Shown: positions 48,998-59,194, counted from the first letter of the stretch. The stretch: 64,000 bases of DNA from Afipia sp. (GCA_016201045.1 JACQDM010000001.1:605617-669616); one strand, 5' to 3'. Translations and numbers: made by a program. Notes: generated by a model not told the origin, from the sequence alone.

Positions 48998-49192
48998 TTA
49001 AGCGACGACCGCTTCGTGACCGACGGCCAAAAATCGCGTCGCGGCGCGTTCCGCCTCGCGCGCGCTGGAAAAGACGCGGCCGTCGAGCGGATTAAAGCGG
49101 TGAGACGCCGCGAAAAAACGAAAGCCCTTTTTCTCTCGTACCACAATACCCGCCGCTTCTGAGCTGACTTCGATGATGTAGGTGTCCGACAT
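48998..49192 (-). CDS. Small conserved hypothetical protein (64 aa)
   Basis: YIIEV...AGIVVR....FRFFA...F..L.G..F....AE.AA pattern; converges on the terminator. Confidence 0.7.
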   Translation of the reverse strand: MSDTYIIEVSSEAAGIVVREKKGFRFFAASHRFNPLDGRVFSSAREAERAATRFLAVGHEAVVA

Positions 49193-49493
49193 TCTATTTG
49201 TCCGTTGCCCAACCCGTTACGATTTCTCCGGCGCGACAACGCCGGATGACACAAAAGGTTTCGTCCATTTCCGGACGCCTATTTTCCTACTCAGGCGGCA
49301 TTCCAATCGATCCTCTCCCCGTTCTCTATGCATGTCGCGGGCCAAACCGAAACCAACAGTAATCCACGGCAATTTGACCGGGCCGAGGGCAAATCGTGAC
49401 TCGCGGCTGTGCAACGCGCCGAAGCTCTAGGCGCTTCGTGCGACAGGCCGATAACGGATCGATGGACCGAATGCGACGCGGTGGCGGCGAGAA

Positions 49494-49922
49494 TCAGGCA
49501 GAGACCGGCGCCGGATTCTGGTTGATGGGCGTCGGATGTCCCTGCTCGTCGACCGCAACATAAGTGTAGTTGCCGTCGGTAACGAGAATGGATTTCTCCA
49601 CATTGCGCCGCTGCACCCACGCTTCGAGATGCACGCAGATCGACGTGCGGCCGACGCGCACCGTGTTGGCATAAACCGACACCACATCGCCGACAAATAC
49701 CGGCTTGCGGAAAGTCATCGCCTCGACGGCAACCGTGACGTTGCGCGTCTTGGTCGTCTTGTAGGCAAAAATGCTGCCCGCCAAATCCATCTGGCTCATC
49801 AGCCAGCCGCCGAAAATATCGCCGTTCTGGTTGGTATCGGCCGGCATCGCAAGATTGCGCGTCGATAGTTCGCCGCTCGGTGCATCGGGTGCAGGCGCGG
49901 CATGAATGGGCGTGTCGGGCAT
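49494..49922 (-). CDS. Acyl-CoA thioesterase (YciA-like hotdog fold)
   Basis: MPADTNQNGDIFGGWLMSQMDLAG, VGRTSI, TYVAVD. Confidence 0.92.
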   Translation of the reverse strand: MPDTPIHAAPAPDAPSGELSTRNLAMPADTNQNGDIFGGWLMSQMDLAGSIFAYKTTKTRNVTVAVEAMTFRKPVFVGDVVSVYANTVRVGRTSICVHLEAWVQRRNVEKSILVTDGNYTYVAVDEQGHPTPINQNPAPVSA

Positions 49923-49948
49923 TCAACAAATTCCATCAATCGAGAAAA

Positions 49949-52036
49949 TTACTTGTATTGGCTCCAGCCGGCGTCCGGCTTGAAGCGTTCGCCGAACTTG
50001 GCGCGGAGATTTTCCAGCGTCGCAATAATATCGGCCGCGCCGCGCTTTTTGGCGTAGTTCACCGGGCCGCCCCGGAACGGCGCATAGCCGGTGCCGAAAA
50101 TCATCGCACCGTCGACGAGATCGCCATTGTCCACGATGCCCTCGCGCAGGCAGGCGACGCAGACATTCGACATCGGCAGCACAAGCCGGTCGATCATTTC
50201 CTGTGTCGGCTTCTCTGAGGACGGCGTCTTCACTGCGTGGCCGTCTTTCCAAACGTAAAATCCCTTGCCGGTCTTGCGGCCGAGGTCGCCGTTCTTGACC
50301 TTGTCCCGCAGCCAGTCCGGCGCAGGCGGCAGCGCCTGATCGCCGAATTTCGAGCGCAGCATGTCGCCGACGGCAAGACAGATGTCGAGGCCGACCTGAT
50401 CGGCCAACTCAATCGGTCCCATCGGCATGCCGAATTTTTCCGCCGCAGCGTCGATGGTTTCCTTCGGTATTTTCTCGTCGAGCATCACCATCGCTTCCAG
50501 CATGTACGGCGTGAGTGCGCGGTTGACGAGGAAGCCCGGCGAACTTTTCACCGGCAGCGGCAGACGATCGATGCCGCCAACGAAGTTGATCGCCTTCTTG
50601 AGAGACCCCGGGTCGACGCCGTCATGGCTGACGACTTCAACCAGTTGCAGCCGCGATACCGGATTGAAAAAATGCAGCCCGAGCAGATGCTGCGGGTTTT
50701 TCAATGTCGTGCGCAAATCCTGCAATGGAATGCTGGATGTGTTGGTCGCGAGAATCGCGCCTTCCTTCATATTCGGCTCGATGCCGGCATAGACCTTCTG
50801 CTTGAGGCCGAGATTCTCCGGCACCGCTTCGATGATGAGATCGGCGTTGCGCACGCCCTGCCCGTTCATGTCCGGAATCAGGCGATCGAGCGCGTCGCGC
50901 TGATCGGTCTTCTTCTTGATGATCTTGCCGAACAGATCGGCCGCGCGCTTGATCGCGCCTGCAATCGGCTCCGGCTTCATGTCAGCGAGGGTAACGCGCA
51001 ATCCCTCGTTCGCGCACCACGCCGCGATATCGCCGCCCATCGCACCCGCGCCGATCACATGAACATGTTCGACGGCGTTCTTGCCGTCGGTGAGCTTCTT
51101 CATCTGCTCGCGCAGGAAGAATACCCGAATGAGATTCTGCGCGGTCGGCGTCACCATGAGGTTAGCGAACGACGGCTTCTCGGCAGCAAGCATCGCCGAG
51201 CGGCTGCCGCCGTGCTTTTCCCACAGATCGATCAGCGCGTATGGCGCGGGATAATGTTCCTGCGGCGCGGACTTTTGCGCTTCCGCCCGCATGCGATTGC
51301 CGAGAATGCCGCGCACCGGGCCGAAATTCATCAGATGGCCAAGCAGGCTCTGCTTGTGCGGCTTCAGGCGACCGAAGATCGCGTCCTTCACGGCATTGCG
51401 GACATGGCGTTCCTGCGTCACCGCATCGACCAAGCCGAGCGACTTCGCCCTGCGCGCATCGATGGTCTTGCCGGTCAGCATCATCGTCATGGATTCAAGC
51501 GGGCTGACGAGATGGGTAAACCGCGCCGTGCCGCCGAGACCCGGATGCAGGCCGAGCATCACTTCGGGGAAGCCAAAGCGCGCATTGTCGATGGCGATGC
51601 GCGAATTGCACGCGAGCGCGATTTCCAGACCGCCGCCGAGGCAGAATCCGTGAACGACGGCGACGCTCGGAATTTTCAGCGCCTCCAGCCGGTCGACGAC
51701 GGCATGCGCCTTGTTCATTTCATTTTCGACCTGGCGCGGATCGGTCGCACCGCGAAATTCATTGACGTCTGCGCCGGCGATGAAACCCGATGGCTTCGCA
51801 GACCTTATCACGAGTCCTGCCGGGCGTTCATTCTCGAGTGCAGCGACGATCTGCCCAAGCTCTTCGATCACATCGCCCGAAAGCGTGTTGGCGCTGGCAT
51901 TGGCGCGGTCGAACAGGAGCCACGCGACGCCGTCCCCGTCGCGCGTCAGTTTGAAATTCTTGTAGGCACCTATAACTGCCGTCGGGCCGAGTTCAAGCAC
52001 CCGGTCCTTGAGAGCGTCCATGATCCGTGAATCCAT
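49949..52036 (-). CDS. Enoyl-CoA hydratase / 3-hydroxyacyl-CoA dehydrogenase (FadB/FadJ-like)
   Basis: FIAGAD, CLGGGLE, PEVMLG, GAGAMG, EAVPE, ATNTSS, HFFNP. Confidence 0.93.
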   Translation of the reverse strand: MDSRIMDALKDRVLELGPTAVIGAYKNFKLTRDGDGVAWLLFDRANASANTLSGDVIEELGQIVAALENERPAGLVIRSAKPSGFIAGADVNEFRGATDPRQVENEMNKAHAVVDRLEALKIPSVAVVHGFCLGGGLEIALACNSRIAIDNARFGFPEVMLGLHPGLGGTARFTHLVSPLESMTMMLTGKTIDARRAKSLGLVDAVTQERHVRNAVKDAIFGRLKPHKQSLLGHLMNFGPVRGILGNRMRAEAQKSAPQEHYPAPYALIDLWEKHGGSRSAMLAAEKPSFANLMVTPTAQNLIRVFFLREQMKKLTDGKNAVEHVHVIGAGAMGGDIAAWCANEGLRVTLADMKPEPIAGAIKRAADLFGKIIKKKTDQRDALDRLIPDMNGQGVRNADLIIEAVPENLGLKQKVYAGIEPNMKEGAILATNTSSIPLQDLRTTLKNPQHLLGLHFFNPVSRLQLVEVVSHDGVDPGSLKKAINFVGGIDRLPLPVKSSPGFLVNRALTPYMLEAMVMLDEKIPKETIDAAAEKFGMPMGPIELADQVGLDICLAVGDMLRSKFGDQALPPAPDWLRDKVKNGDLGRKTGKGFYVWKDGHAVKTPSSEKPTQEMIDRLVLPMSNVCVACLREGIVDNGDLVDGAMIFGTGYAPFRGGPVNYAKKRGAADIIATLENLRAKFGERFKPDAGWSQYK

Positions 52037-52046
52037 GATCGTTCCC

Positions 52047-53330
52047 TTACACTGTCTCGATGAGCATCGCGCCGCCGAGGCCGCCGCCGATGCATTCGGT
52101 GGCAATACCGCGCTTGGTGCCGAGCCGCTTCATCGCATTGACGAGATGCAGCACGATGCGGTTACCGCTGGTGCCGACCGGATGACCGAGACTGATTGCC
52201 CCGCCGTCGACATTCAGCTTCGATTGATCGAGCGTACCAGCGGCGCCGTCGAGGCCGAGAATCTCGCGGCAGAACGTGTCGTCGTTCCAGGCCTTAAGAC
52301 ATGCGAGAAGCTGCGAAGCGAATGCCTCGTTGATCTCCCACGTTTCGATGTCCTGCAATTTGAGATTGTTGCGCTTCATCAGATCGGTCGACGACAGCAC
52401 CGGGCCGAAACCCATGATGCCGGGATCGAGACCCGCCCATTGGCTGTCGACGATCTTCGCTTTCGGCTTGAGGCCGTGTTTGCTGACCGCATCCTCCGAC
52501 GCCAGAATCGTCCAGCATGCGCCGTCAGTGATCTGCGATGAATTTCCCGGCGTCACCTGTCCCCACGGGCGCTCGAACGCAGGTTTGAGTTTTGCGAGCT
52601 TGTCCATCGAGGAGTCGGGCCGCACGCCGTCATCGTGGTCGTAGAACTTGCCGTCCTTCGCAAAAGCTGTTTCGACCTCGCCTTTCAGAAATCCTTGCGC
52701 CTGCGCATTCGCGAGCCGCTTGTGACTTTCCACCGAATAAGCGTCGGCTTCCTCGCGCGTCACACCCATCAGATGCGCGATGACCTCGGCGGTCTGTCCC
52801 ATGTTCAGATCGGTAACGGGGTCGGTCAATCCGCGTTCCAACCCGATGATCGGATTGAAATAGGATGGACGCACTTTCAGAAACGTTGCGATCCTTTGCA
52901 GCGGCGTTTTGGCGGTTGCGAATTTCGCAAACCAGCGCACGCCGGATTGCGGAAAAACCAGCGGGGCATAGCTCAACGCCTCCGCTCCGCCCGCAAGAAT
53001 CATGTCGGCCTTTCCGGCTTCGATGTAGCGGTAGGCCGTGTCGATCGACTGCATGCCCGAGCCGCAGTTGATCTGTACGGTAAACGCAACCATGCGCTCG
53101 CCCATGCCGAGCCGAAGCGCTGCAACGCGCGCGGGATTCATTTCATCCGCGATGACGTTGACGCAACCGAGGATGACCTGATCAAACGCGTCGGGCGCGA
53201 ACGGCTGACGCGCAAGCAAGGGACGGCCAGCCTGCACGGCAAGATCGACCGGCGTGAACGGACCGGGTCCGCCCTGCGCTTTCAGAAACGGCGTCCGCGC
53301 GCCGTCGATAATATAGACCGGACGCGCCAT
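52047..53330 (-). CDS. Acetyl-CoA C-acyltransferase (thiolase, FadA/FadI-like)
   Basis: RTPF, INCGSG, NEAFA, GHPVG, CIGGGLG. Confidence 0.94.
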   Translation of the reverse strand: MARPVYIIDGARTPFLKAQGGPGPFTPVDLAVQAGRPLLARQPFAPDAFDQVILGCVNVIADEMNPARVAALRLGMGERMVAFTVQINCGSGMQSIDTAYRYIEAGKADMILAGGAEALSYAPLVFPQSGVRWFAKFATAKTPLQRIATFLKVRPSYFNPIIGLERGLTDPVTDLNMGQTAEVIAHLMGVTREEADAYSVESHKRLANAQAQGFLKGEVETAFAKDGKFYDHDDGVRPDSSMDKLAKLKPAFERPWGQVTPGNSSQITDGACWTILASEDAVSKHGLKPKAKIVDSQWAGLDPGIMGFGPVLSSTDLMKRNNLKLQDIETWEINEAFASQLLACLKAWNDDTFCREILGLDGAAGTLDQSKLNVDGGAISLGHPVGTSGNRIVLHLVNAMKRLGTKRGIATECIGGGLGGAMLIETV

Positions 53331-55588
53331 CAGCTTGCCGCCCGGTCAGGCGCCTGCTTGGAGTCGGCGCGCTTCTTGTAGATCGGCGACAGCACCTCTG
53401 GCGCGAAGTCGTCGACCTCGATCACCTTGCCGACGGCTTCATGTGCCGATTTCAGCTTCGCAGCTTCGTCGGCCGTGATGACGCCCTGCTTCAAGGCTTC
53501 ATCCGGATCGCGCAAATGGGCTGCATGCATTTTCTTCTCGACCGGCTCGTTGGCGACGACGGCAAGAAAAGCGCGCTCCAGCCGTCCGAGCGGTCCGTCG
53601 TCGTCGATATGATAAAGTCCCGCGGTCAGCCGATCTCGTGCAGCCGAAGGGACAAGGATCAGCTGCGAACAGCGATGCACGACATCGTCGGACGGCCCGA
53701 GCGGATTTGCGCCGAGCGGCTGGACGATGAATTTCAGGATCGTCGCAACGAAGCGGTTCGGCATGTTGGCCAAAACCTCCGCCAGCCTGTTTTCCATGGT
53801 GCGGATGCCGTCTGCCATCACCCACTGAAGTGCAGCGAAGTCCGCATCCTGACGTCCCTCGTCTTCCCAGCGCTTCAAGGCGGCGGAGAGCAGATAGAGT
53901 TCGGAGAGAATGTCGCCGAACCGTGCCGACAGCATTTCGCGGCGCTTCAGCGCGCCGCCCAATGTCAGAAGTGCCATGTCTGCACACAATGCAAACGAGG
54001 TCGAGTAGCGCGAGAGCTGGCGATAGTAGCCGGTCGCGGCTCCCGCCTCGGGTGCGGACGCAAACATGCCGCCGGTCCAGCTTCGGCCCCATGCCCGGAA
54101 GAAATTCACGACGGCGTGGCCTGCATGCTTCCAGAAATATTTGTCGAAGTCGGCCAAGCCCTGCGTCTGGTCCGGGTTGCCGATGGCGTTGATTTCATCG
54201 AGCAAATAGGGATGCGCCCGCGTCGCGCCCTGCCCGAACACAATGAGATTGCGCGTCAGGATGTTTGCGCCCTCAACCGTAATCGCAACCGGCACAGACC
54301 GATAAAGTCCGCCCATGTAGTTTTGCGGGCCGTCGATCACGGCCTTGCCGCCATGCACGTCCATCGCATCGTCAACGACGATGCGCAGCCGCTCGGTGGC
54401 ATGCAGTTTCATGATCCCGGAAATCACCGCCGGATGTTTGCCCTGATTGAGCGCGGCACACGTTAGACGCCGGGCCGCGTCGACCTGATACGCCGTGCCC
54501 GCGATGCGCGCGAGACGCTCCTCGATGCCTTCGAATTTTCCGATCGGCACATGGAACTGTTCGCGGATGCGCGCATAGGCACCTGTCACGCGCGCGCAAT
54601 AAGCGGCACCTGCCGCCGACTGCGACGGCAGTGAAATGCCGCGCCCTGCCGCCAGCGCACTCATCAGCATTTTCCAGCCTTGGCCGATGCGTTCCTGCCC
54701 ACCGATGATGTGATCCATCGGAATGAAAACGTCCTTGCCCCAGTTCGGGCCGTTCTGGAAAACCTGCATCGCCGGAAGATGGCGATGACCGATGGTGACG
54801 CCGGGCAAATTCGTCGGGATCAGTGCGACCGTAATCCCGAGGTCTTCCTCGCTGCCGATCAGATGATCGGGATCGTGCGCCTTGAACGCGAGGCCAAGCA
54901 ACGTCGCGACGGGACCGAGCGTGATGTAACGCTTGTGCCAGTTCAGGCGCAGGCCGAGCGTTTCTTTGCCGTTGAACGTGCCTTTGCAAATGACGCCGGT
55001 ATCGATCATCGATGCGGCATCCGAGCCGGCTTCAGGGCTGGTCAGACCGAAACATGGAATTTCGCGGCCGTCCGCAAGACCGGGCAGCCATTTCTGCTGC
55101 TGCTCCTTGGTGCCGAAGCGCATCAGCAATTCGCCCGGTCCGAGCGAATTCGGCACCATCACAGTGACAGCCGCCGCAACCGAACGCGACGAGATCTTCC
55201 GCACCACTTCGGAATGCGCGTAGGGAGAAAATCCGAGACCGCCGAATTCTTTCGGAATAATCATGCCGAAGAATTTGTTGCGCTTGATGAAGTCCCAGAC
55301 TTCGGGCGGCAGATCGCGCCACTCCCAGTTGACCTTCCAATCGTCGATCATGCTGCAAAGCTGCTCGACAGGACCGCTGAGAAAAGCCGTTTCCTCAGCC
55401 GTGAGAGTCGCGGGCGCATTGGCAAGCAGCTTCGGCCAATCCGGATTGCCGGTGAAGAGGTCGGCGTCCCACCACACGTCGCCGGCCTCGAGCGCCTCGC
55501 GCTCGGTATCAGACATCGGCGGCAATGCTTTGTGCGCCCAGGCGTAGATCGGTTTGGTAATGAGATCGCGGCGAAGGGAGAAGCTCAT
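53330..55588 (-). CDS. fadE: Long acyl-CoA dehydrogenase FadE
   Basis: ALEAG.VWWD..LF.G.PDW, MVPNSLGPGELL, FGLTSPEAGSDA, TVEGANILTR, C-terminal DUF1974-like tail. Confidence 0.92.
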   Translation of the reverse strand: MSFSLRRDLITKPIYAWAHKALPPMSDTEREALEAGDVWWDADLFTGNPDWPKLLANAPATLTAEETAFLSGPVEQLCSMIDDWKVNWEWRDLPPEVWDFIKRNKFFGMIIPKEFGGLGFSPYAHSEVVRKISSRSVAAAVTVMVPNSLGPGELLMRFGTKEQQQKWLPGLADGREIPCFGLTSPEAGSDAASMIDTGVICKGTFNGKETLGLRLNWHKRYITLGPVATLLGLAFKAHDPDHLIGSEEDLGITVALIPTNLPGVTIGHRHLPAMQVFQNGPNWGKDVFIPMDHIIGGQERIGQGWKMLMSALAAGRGISLPSQSAAGAAYCARVTGAYARIREQFHVPIGKFEGIEERLARIAGTAYQVDAARRLTCAALNQGKHPAVISGIMKLHATERLRIVVDDAMDVHGGKAVIDGPQNYMGGLYRSVPVAITVEGANILTRNLIVFGQGATRAHPYLLDEINAIGNPDQTQGLADFDKYFWKHAGHAVVNFFRAWGRSWTGGMFASAPEAGAATGYYRQLSRYSTSFALCADMALLTLGGALKRREMLSARFGDILSELYLLSAALKRWEDEGRQDADFAALQWVMADGIRTMENRLAEVLANMPNRFVATILKFIVQPLGANPLGPSDDVVHRCSQLILVPSAARDRLTAGLYHIDDDGPLGRLERAFLAVVANEPVEKKMHAAHLRDPDEALKQGVITADEAAKLKSAHEAVGKVIEVDDFAPEVLSPIYKKRADSKQAPDRAAS

Positions 55589-55819
55589 GGGACGATCCTT
55601 TTTGACCGAGGTCGCACAGCAATCGGATTCGCAATCGGCTGATCGATTCTAGCGCCATTGGCAGGCGGCGGAAACAGGCTCTGTGCCATTCGGAAATTGC
55701 AGCCAAATCAGTCAAAACAACAGGCGCGCCAATAACCTGCACGATAGCCTAACGTTCCGGAAACGCTGCATAAACAATCGGACACAAAATCAAGTCTTGT
55801 TGACCCAAAGACGCTTAGC

Positions 55820-56437
55820 CTAGCGCGGCCGCACCATCTCGAACATCATGTCGGGGCGGATTTCGGCGTAGTCGCCCATGCGACCGGCTCGCAAGATCGG
55901 GTGCGCTTCGGCGGTCTGATAAACGCCGTCCTTGATCAACCGCTTGTCGATATAGACAGCAACGACTTCGCCGAACACCATCCAGGCGTCGGCCTTGGCG
56001 CCGTCAGCCCCCTGAAGCTGAATGAGTTGCGTCAGCTTGCATTCGAACGACGCGAGACTCTCGCCGACGCGCGGCACCTTCACCTTGCGGCTCGATACCT
56101 TGGTCAGGCCGGAAATCGTGAACTCGTCGGTTTCGTGCGGTACGCTTGCCGAGGTCATGTTCATCTGCTCGCCGATGTGTTTGGTGGCGAGATTCCAGCA
56201 AAACTCCTTGGTCTCCTGAACGTTCGCAACCGTGTCCTTCCATCCGACGCTGGAGAAGCCGATGATCGGCGGATGGTAATTGAACGCATTGAAAAAACTG
56301 TAGGGCGCGAGATTTACGTGTCCCTTTGAGTCCTGCGACGAAATCCAGCCGATCGGGCGCGGTCCGACGATGGCATTGAACGGATCGTGACGAAGGCCGT
56401 GACCGTCTTTCGGTTCGTAAAAATGAAAATCGCTCAT
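55820..56437 (-). CDS. Flavin reductase family protein
   Basis: PRPIGWISS, NLAPYSFFN, KDT..N, FECK; start trimmed to 56437. Confidence 0.88.
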   Translation of the reverse strand: MSDFHFYEPKDGHGLRHDPFNAIVGPRPIGWISSQDSKGHVNLAPYSFFNAFNYHPPIIGFSSVGWKDTVANVQETKEFCWNLATKHIGEQMNMTSASVPHETDEFTISGLTKVSSRKVKVPRVGESLASFECKLTQLIQLQGADGAKADAWMVFGEVVAVYIDKRLIKDGVYQTAEAHPILRAGRMGDYAEIRPDMMFEMVRPR

Positions 56438-56444
56438 CAGAAAT

Positions 56445-56936
56445 CTACCGTCCATTTTCCGCCGGGTCGCGGTGAATCGGATCGACCCACAGCACCGTCT
56501 CCGGCTTCTCGGCCGGCTCGATGTCGAGATTGATCGCAATCGCCTCGCCATCGCTGCGCACCAGTACGCATTCGAGGACTTCATCGCGGCTGGCATTGAT
56601 TTCCTGATGCGGCACGTAAGGCGGAATGAAAATGAAATCGCCAGAGTTCGCTTCGGCGGTGAATTGCAGGTGCTCGCCCCATCGCATGCGCGCCTTGCCG
56701 CGCACGACGTAAATGATGCTTTCGAGATGGCCGTGATGATGCGCGCCGGTTTTCGCGTCGGGCTTGATCGTCACCGTGCCGGCCCACAATTTCTGCGCGC
56801 CGACGCGCGCGAAATTGATCGCGGCCTTGCGATCCATACCGGCGGTCGATGGAACATTCGGATCGAGCTGATTGCCGGGAATGATGCGCACGCCGTCATG
56901 TTTCCAGCGTAAATCGTGATTGTGCGGCATGGACAT
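56445..56936 (-). CDS. Cupin domain protein
   Basis: TGAHHHGHLESIIYVV.G, GDFIFIPPYVPHQEIN; start trimmed to 56936. Confidence 0.88.
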   Translation of the reverse strand: MSMPHNHDLRWKHDGVRIIPGNQLDPNVPSTAGMDRKAAINFARVGAQKLWAGTVTIKPDAKTGAHHHGHLESIIYVVRGKARMRWGEHLQFTAEANSGDFIFIPPYVPHQEINASRDEVLECVLVRSDGEAIAINLDIEPAEKPETVLWVDPIHRDPAENGR

Positions 56937-56962
56937 TTTTCTTCTCTCGCCAGTGTTTCCAG

Positions 56963-58129
56963 TCAATATGATTTCGGAAGGCCCAAAACTTTCTCGGCAA
57001 TGAAGCTGAGAATGAGCTGCGGGCTGATCGGTGCGATGCGCGGGATCATCACTTCGCGCAGATAGCGCTCGACATGATATTCCTTGGCATAACCGAATCC
57101 GCCATGCGTCATCACCGCCTGCTGGCATGCATCGAAACCTGCTTCACCGGCCAGATATTTCGCGGCATTCGCAGCAGGCCCGCACGGCAGGCTGTGATCG
57201 TATTGCCAGGCCGCCGATAGCGTCATCAGCCATGCGGCTTCAAGGTCCATCCAGTTTTTCGCCAGCGGATGCTGGATCGCCTGATTCTGTCCGATGGGCC
57301 AATTGAAAACGACGCGTTGCTTCGCATAAGCCGCCGCGCGAGATAACGCGAGCTTCCCAAGGCCGATGGCCTCGGCCGCGATCAGTACGCGTTCGGGATT
57401 CATCCCGTGCAAAATGTATTCGAAACCGCGCCCCTCCTCGCCGATGCGATCTTCGACCGGAACGGCAAAGTCCGAAATGAACAGCTCATTGGAGTCGACG
57501 GCCTTGCGCCCCATCTTTTCGATTTCGTGGACCGCTATGCGCGAACGATCGAAGTCGGTATAGAACAAACTCAATCCGTGCGTTGGCGTCTTGACGTCTT
57601 CCAGCGGTGTCGTGCGCGCGAGCAGCAGAATTTTATGCGCGACCTGCGCCGTCGAAATCCAGACCTTCTGACCGTTGACGATGTATTTGCCCCCCTGCCG
57701 GATAGCGCGCGTCTTCAACTGCGTGGTGTTGAGCCCCGTATTCGGCTCTGTCACCGCAAAGCACGCCTTCTCGCGGCCTTCGACAATGCCCGGCAACATT
57801 CGCCTGCGCTGCTCGTCCGTGCCGAACACGACGACGGGATTAAGCCCAAACACATTCATATGGACCGACGACGCACCGGCCATGCCCGCGCCGGACTCCG
57901 AAATCTCGCGCATCATGATTGCGGCTTCGGACACGCCGAGGCCCGCACCGCCGAATGCTTCAGGAATGCAGATGCCGAGCCAGCCTCCCTTCGCGATGGC
58001 ATCGTAGAACTCGTGAGGAAAACCGCCGTCACGGTCCCTGGTCAGCCAATAGGCGCCGTCGAAGCGGGCACAGATTTTCGCGATCGCATCGCGAATGGAC
58101 TCCTGCTGTGCCGTGAGTGCAAAGTCCAT
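56963..58129 (-). CDS. Acyl-CoA dehydrogenase
   Basis: FAVTEPNTG, VNGQKVWIS, GMNPERV, QAIQH, HGGFGY. Confidence 0.93.
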   Translation of the reverse strand: MDFALTAQQESIRDAIAKICARFDGAYWLTRDRDGGFPHEFYDAIAKGGWLGICIPEAFGGAGLGVSEAAIMMREISESGAGMAGASSVHMNVFGLNPVVVFGTDEQRRRMLPGIVEGREKACFAVTEPNTGLNTTQLKTRAIRQGGKYIVNGQKVWISTAQVAHKILLLARTTPLEDVKTPTHGLSLFYTDFDRSRIAVHEIEKMGRKAVDSNELFISDFAVPVEDRIGEEGRGFEYILHGMNPERVLIAAEAIGLGKLALSRAAAYAKQRVVFNWPIGQNQAIQHPLAKNWMDLEAAWLMTLSAAWQYDHSLPCGPAANAAKYLAGEAGFDACQQAVMTHGGFGYAKEYHVERYLREVMIPRIAPISPQLILSFIAEKVLGLPKSY

Positions 58130-58209
58130 TGAGAACGATCCCGCAAATCGCTAAAGATTGAGACCAATCCGCATACTAGAACGGATCGTATCGAAGGGAG
58201 CAAGATCAT

Positions 58210-58563
58210 ATGGCAACGGATCACGACACGCTGGTTGCGCTGAACCGCGACTATATCGATTCCGTCCAGAATTCCGACGTGACGCGGTTCGACGAAATCC
58301 TCAGCCCCGAATTCTACTGCTCGAACCCCGATCGCTCACTCGTCGATCGCGCGCAGTTTCTGAAGCAGACCGAAAAGCCCGTTGCAATCAAGAATCTGAA
58401 GGCCGAGGACGTGATCATCCGCATCTTGGGAGATGTTGCGATCATCCACGCGCGAACGAGTTACCTCATGCCTGACGGCAACGCAGGCGCGGGACGCTAT
58501 ACAGATGTCTGGGCGAAGCAGAACGGCCAATGGCTTGCCGTCTCAGCTCACGTCACGCGATAG
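58210..58563 (+). CDS. NTF2-like / DUF4440 protein
   Basis: GDVAIIHART, RYTDVWAK..G.W..VSAH. Confidence 0.82.
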   Translation: MATDHDTLVALNRDYIDSVQNSDVTRFDEILSPEFYCSNPDRSLVDRAQFLKQTEKPVAIKNLKAEDVIIRILGDVAIIHARTSYLMPDGNAGAGRYTDVWAKQNGQWLAVSAHVTR

Positions 58564-58595
58564 ATTCCTTCAGAGCCGCGCAAGACGCGCACTGC

Positions 58596-59024
58596 CTATT
58601 TTGCCGATCCGTCGCAAAGCACGCTTCCGTCGCCATCGAGTTGACAGGACTTCCCCGTTCCATGTCTGCTGTCGTTACACTGCGCGATGGCGCGCTGGGT
58701 CGCTGTCGCCGAGTCCGGTGCGATCGCCCATCCCGCACCAGTGACCGGATCGCTGCCTTCAGCGTTTGCAGCGACTGCCACGCATTGATCGCTGAACGTG
58801 CCGATCAGGATGCAGGCCTTGCCGGTCGCCGGATTGCGGGCCGCACGGCAATCCTTCATCGCCTTTGATGACGCATCCGGATCATTGATCTGGATGCTCC
58901 ACCTGAAACCCTTGTTCGGATCGCCCTGCGGGATACCCACCGCGAGCGCGCCTTCGGCGAAGCTCGAACTTGAAAATGCCGCGGCTATGCAGGCTGCCAT
59001 CATAGCCAGAATATATTTCCTCAT
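58596..59024 (-). CDS. Secreted Cys-rich protein, DUF4189-like
   Basis: Signal peptide, GALA, A...A...C...C, C.A.A pattern, 6 Cys. Confidence 0.7.
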   Translation of the reverse strand: MRKYILAMMAACIAAAFSSSSFAEGALAVGIPQGDPNKGFRWSIQINDPDASSKAMKDCRAARNPATGKACILIGTFSDQCVAVAANAEGSDPVTGAGWAIAPDSATATQRAIAQCNDSRHGTGKSCQLDGDGSVLCDGSAK

Positions 59025-59117
59025 TGTGTTGCCCCCCCAACTCTGCCCGAACGAAGTTCAGCAGGCTCGAAAGAGCCTGTCGAGAATGATTGGTCGCGAT
59101 GGTGAGGAAAAAAGTTT

Positions 59118-59194
59118 TGGTAGCGAGAGAGGGACTCGAACCCCCGACCCCAGGATTATGATTCCCGTGCTCTAACCAGCTGAGCTACCTCGCC
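59118..59194 (-). tRNA. tRNA-Met (CAT), elongator type
   Basis: GGCGAGGTAGCTCAGCTGGTTAGAGCACGGGAATCATAATCCTGGGGTCGGGGGTTCGAGTCCCTCTCTCGCTACCA: 77-nt cloverleaf, CAT anticodon, encoded CCA, paired position 1-72. Confidence 0.95.

Noticed and set aside
49360-49420. SAM-II-like GATTTG-containing hairpin
   Set aside because: Lacks the pseudoknot 3' strand (GCTAAA motif), and no methionine/SAM gene lies downstream
50237-52030. 597-aa ORF antisense to the FadB/J gene; similar long antisense ORFs at 3137-4156, 4193-5395, 11895-12872, 18370-19932, 53441-54466 and 60800-61597
   Set aside because: Shadow frames of high-GC coding genes; no recognisable motifs and fully overlapped by well-supported genes
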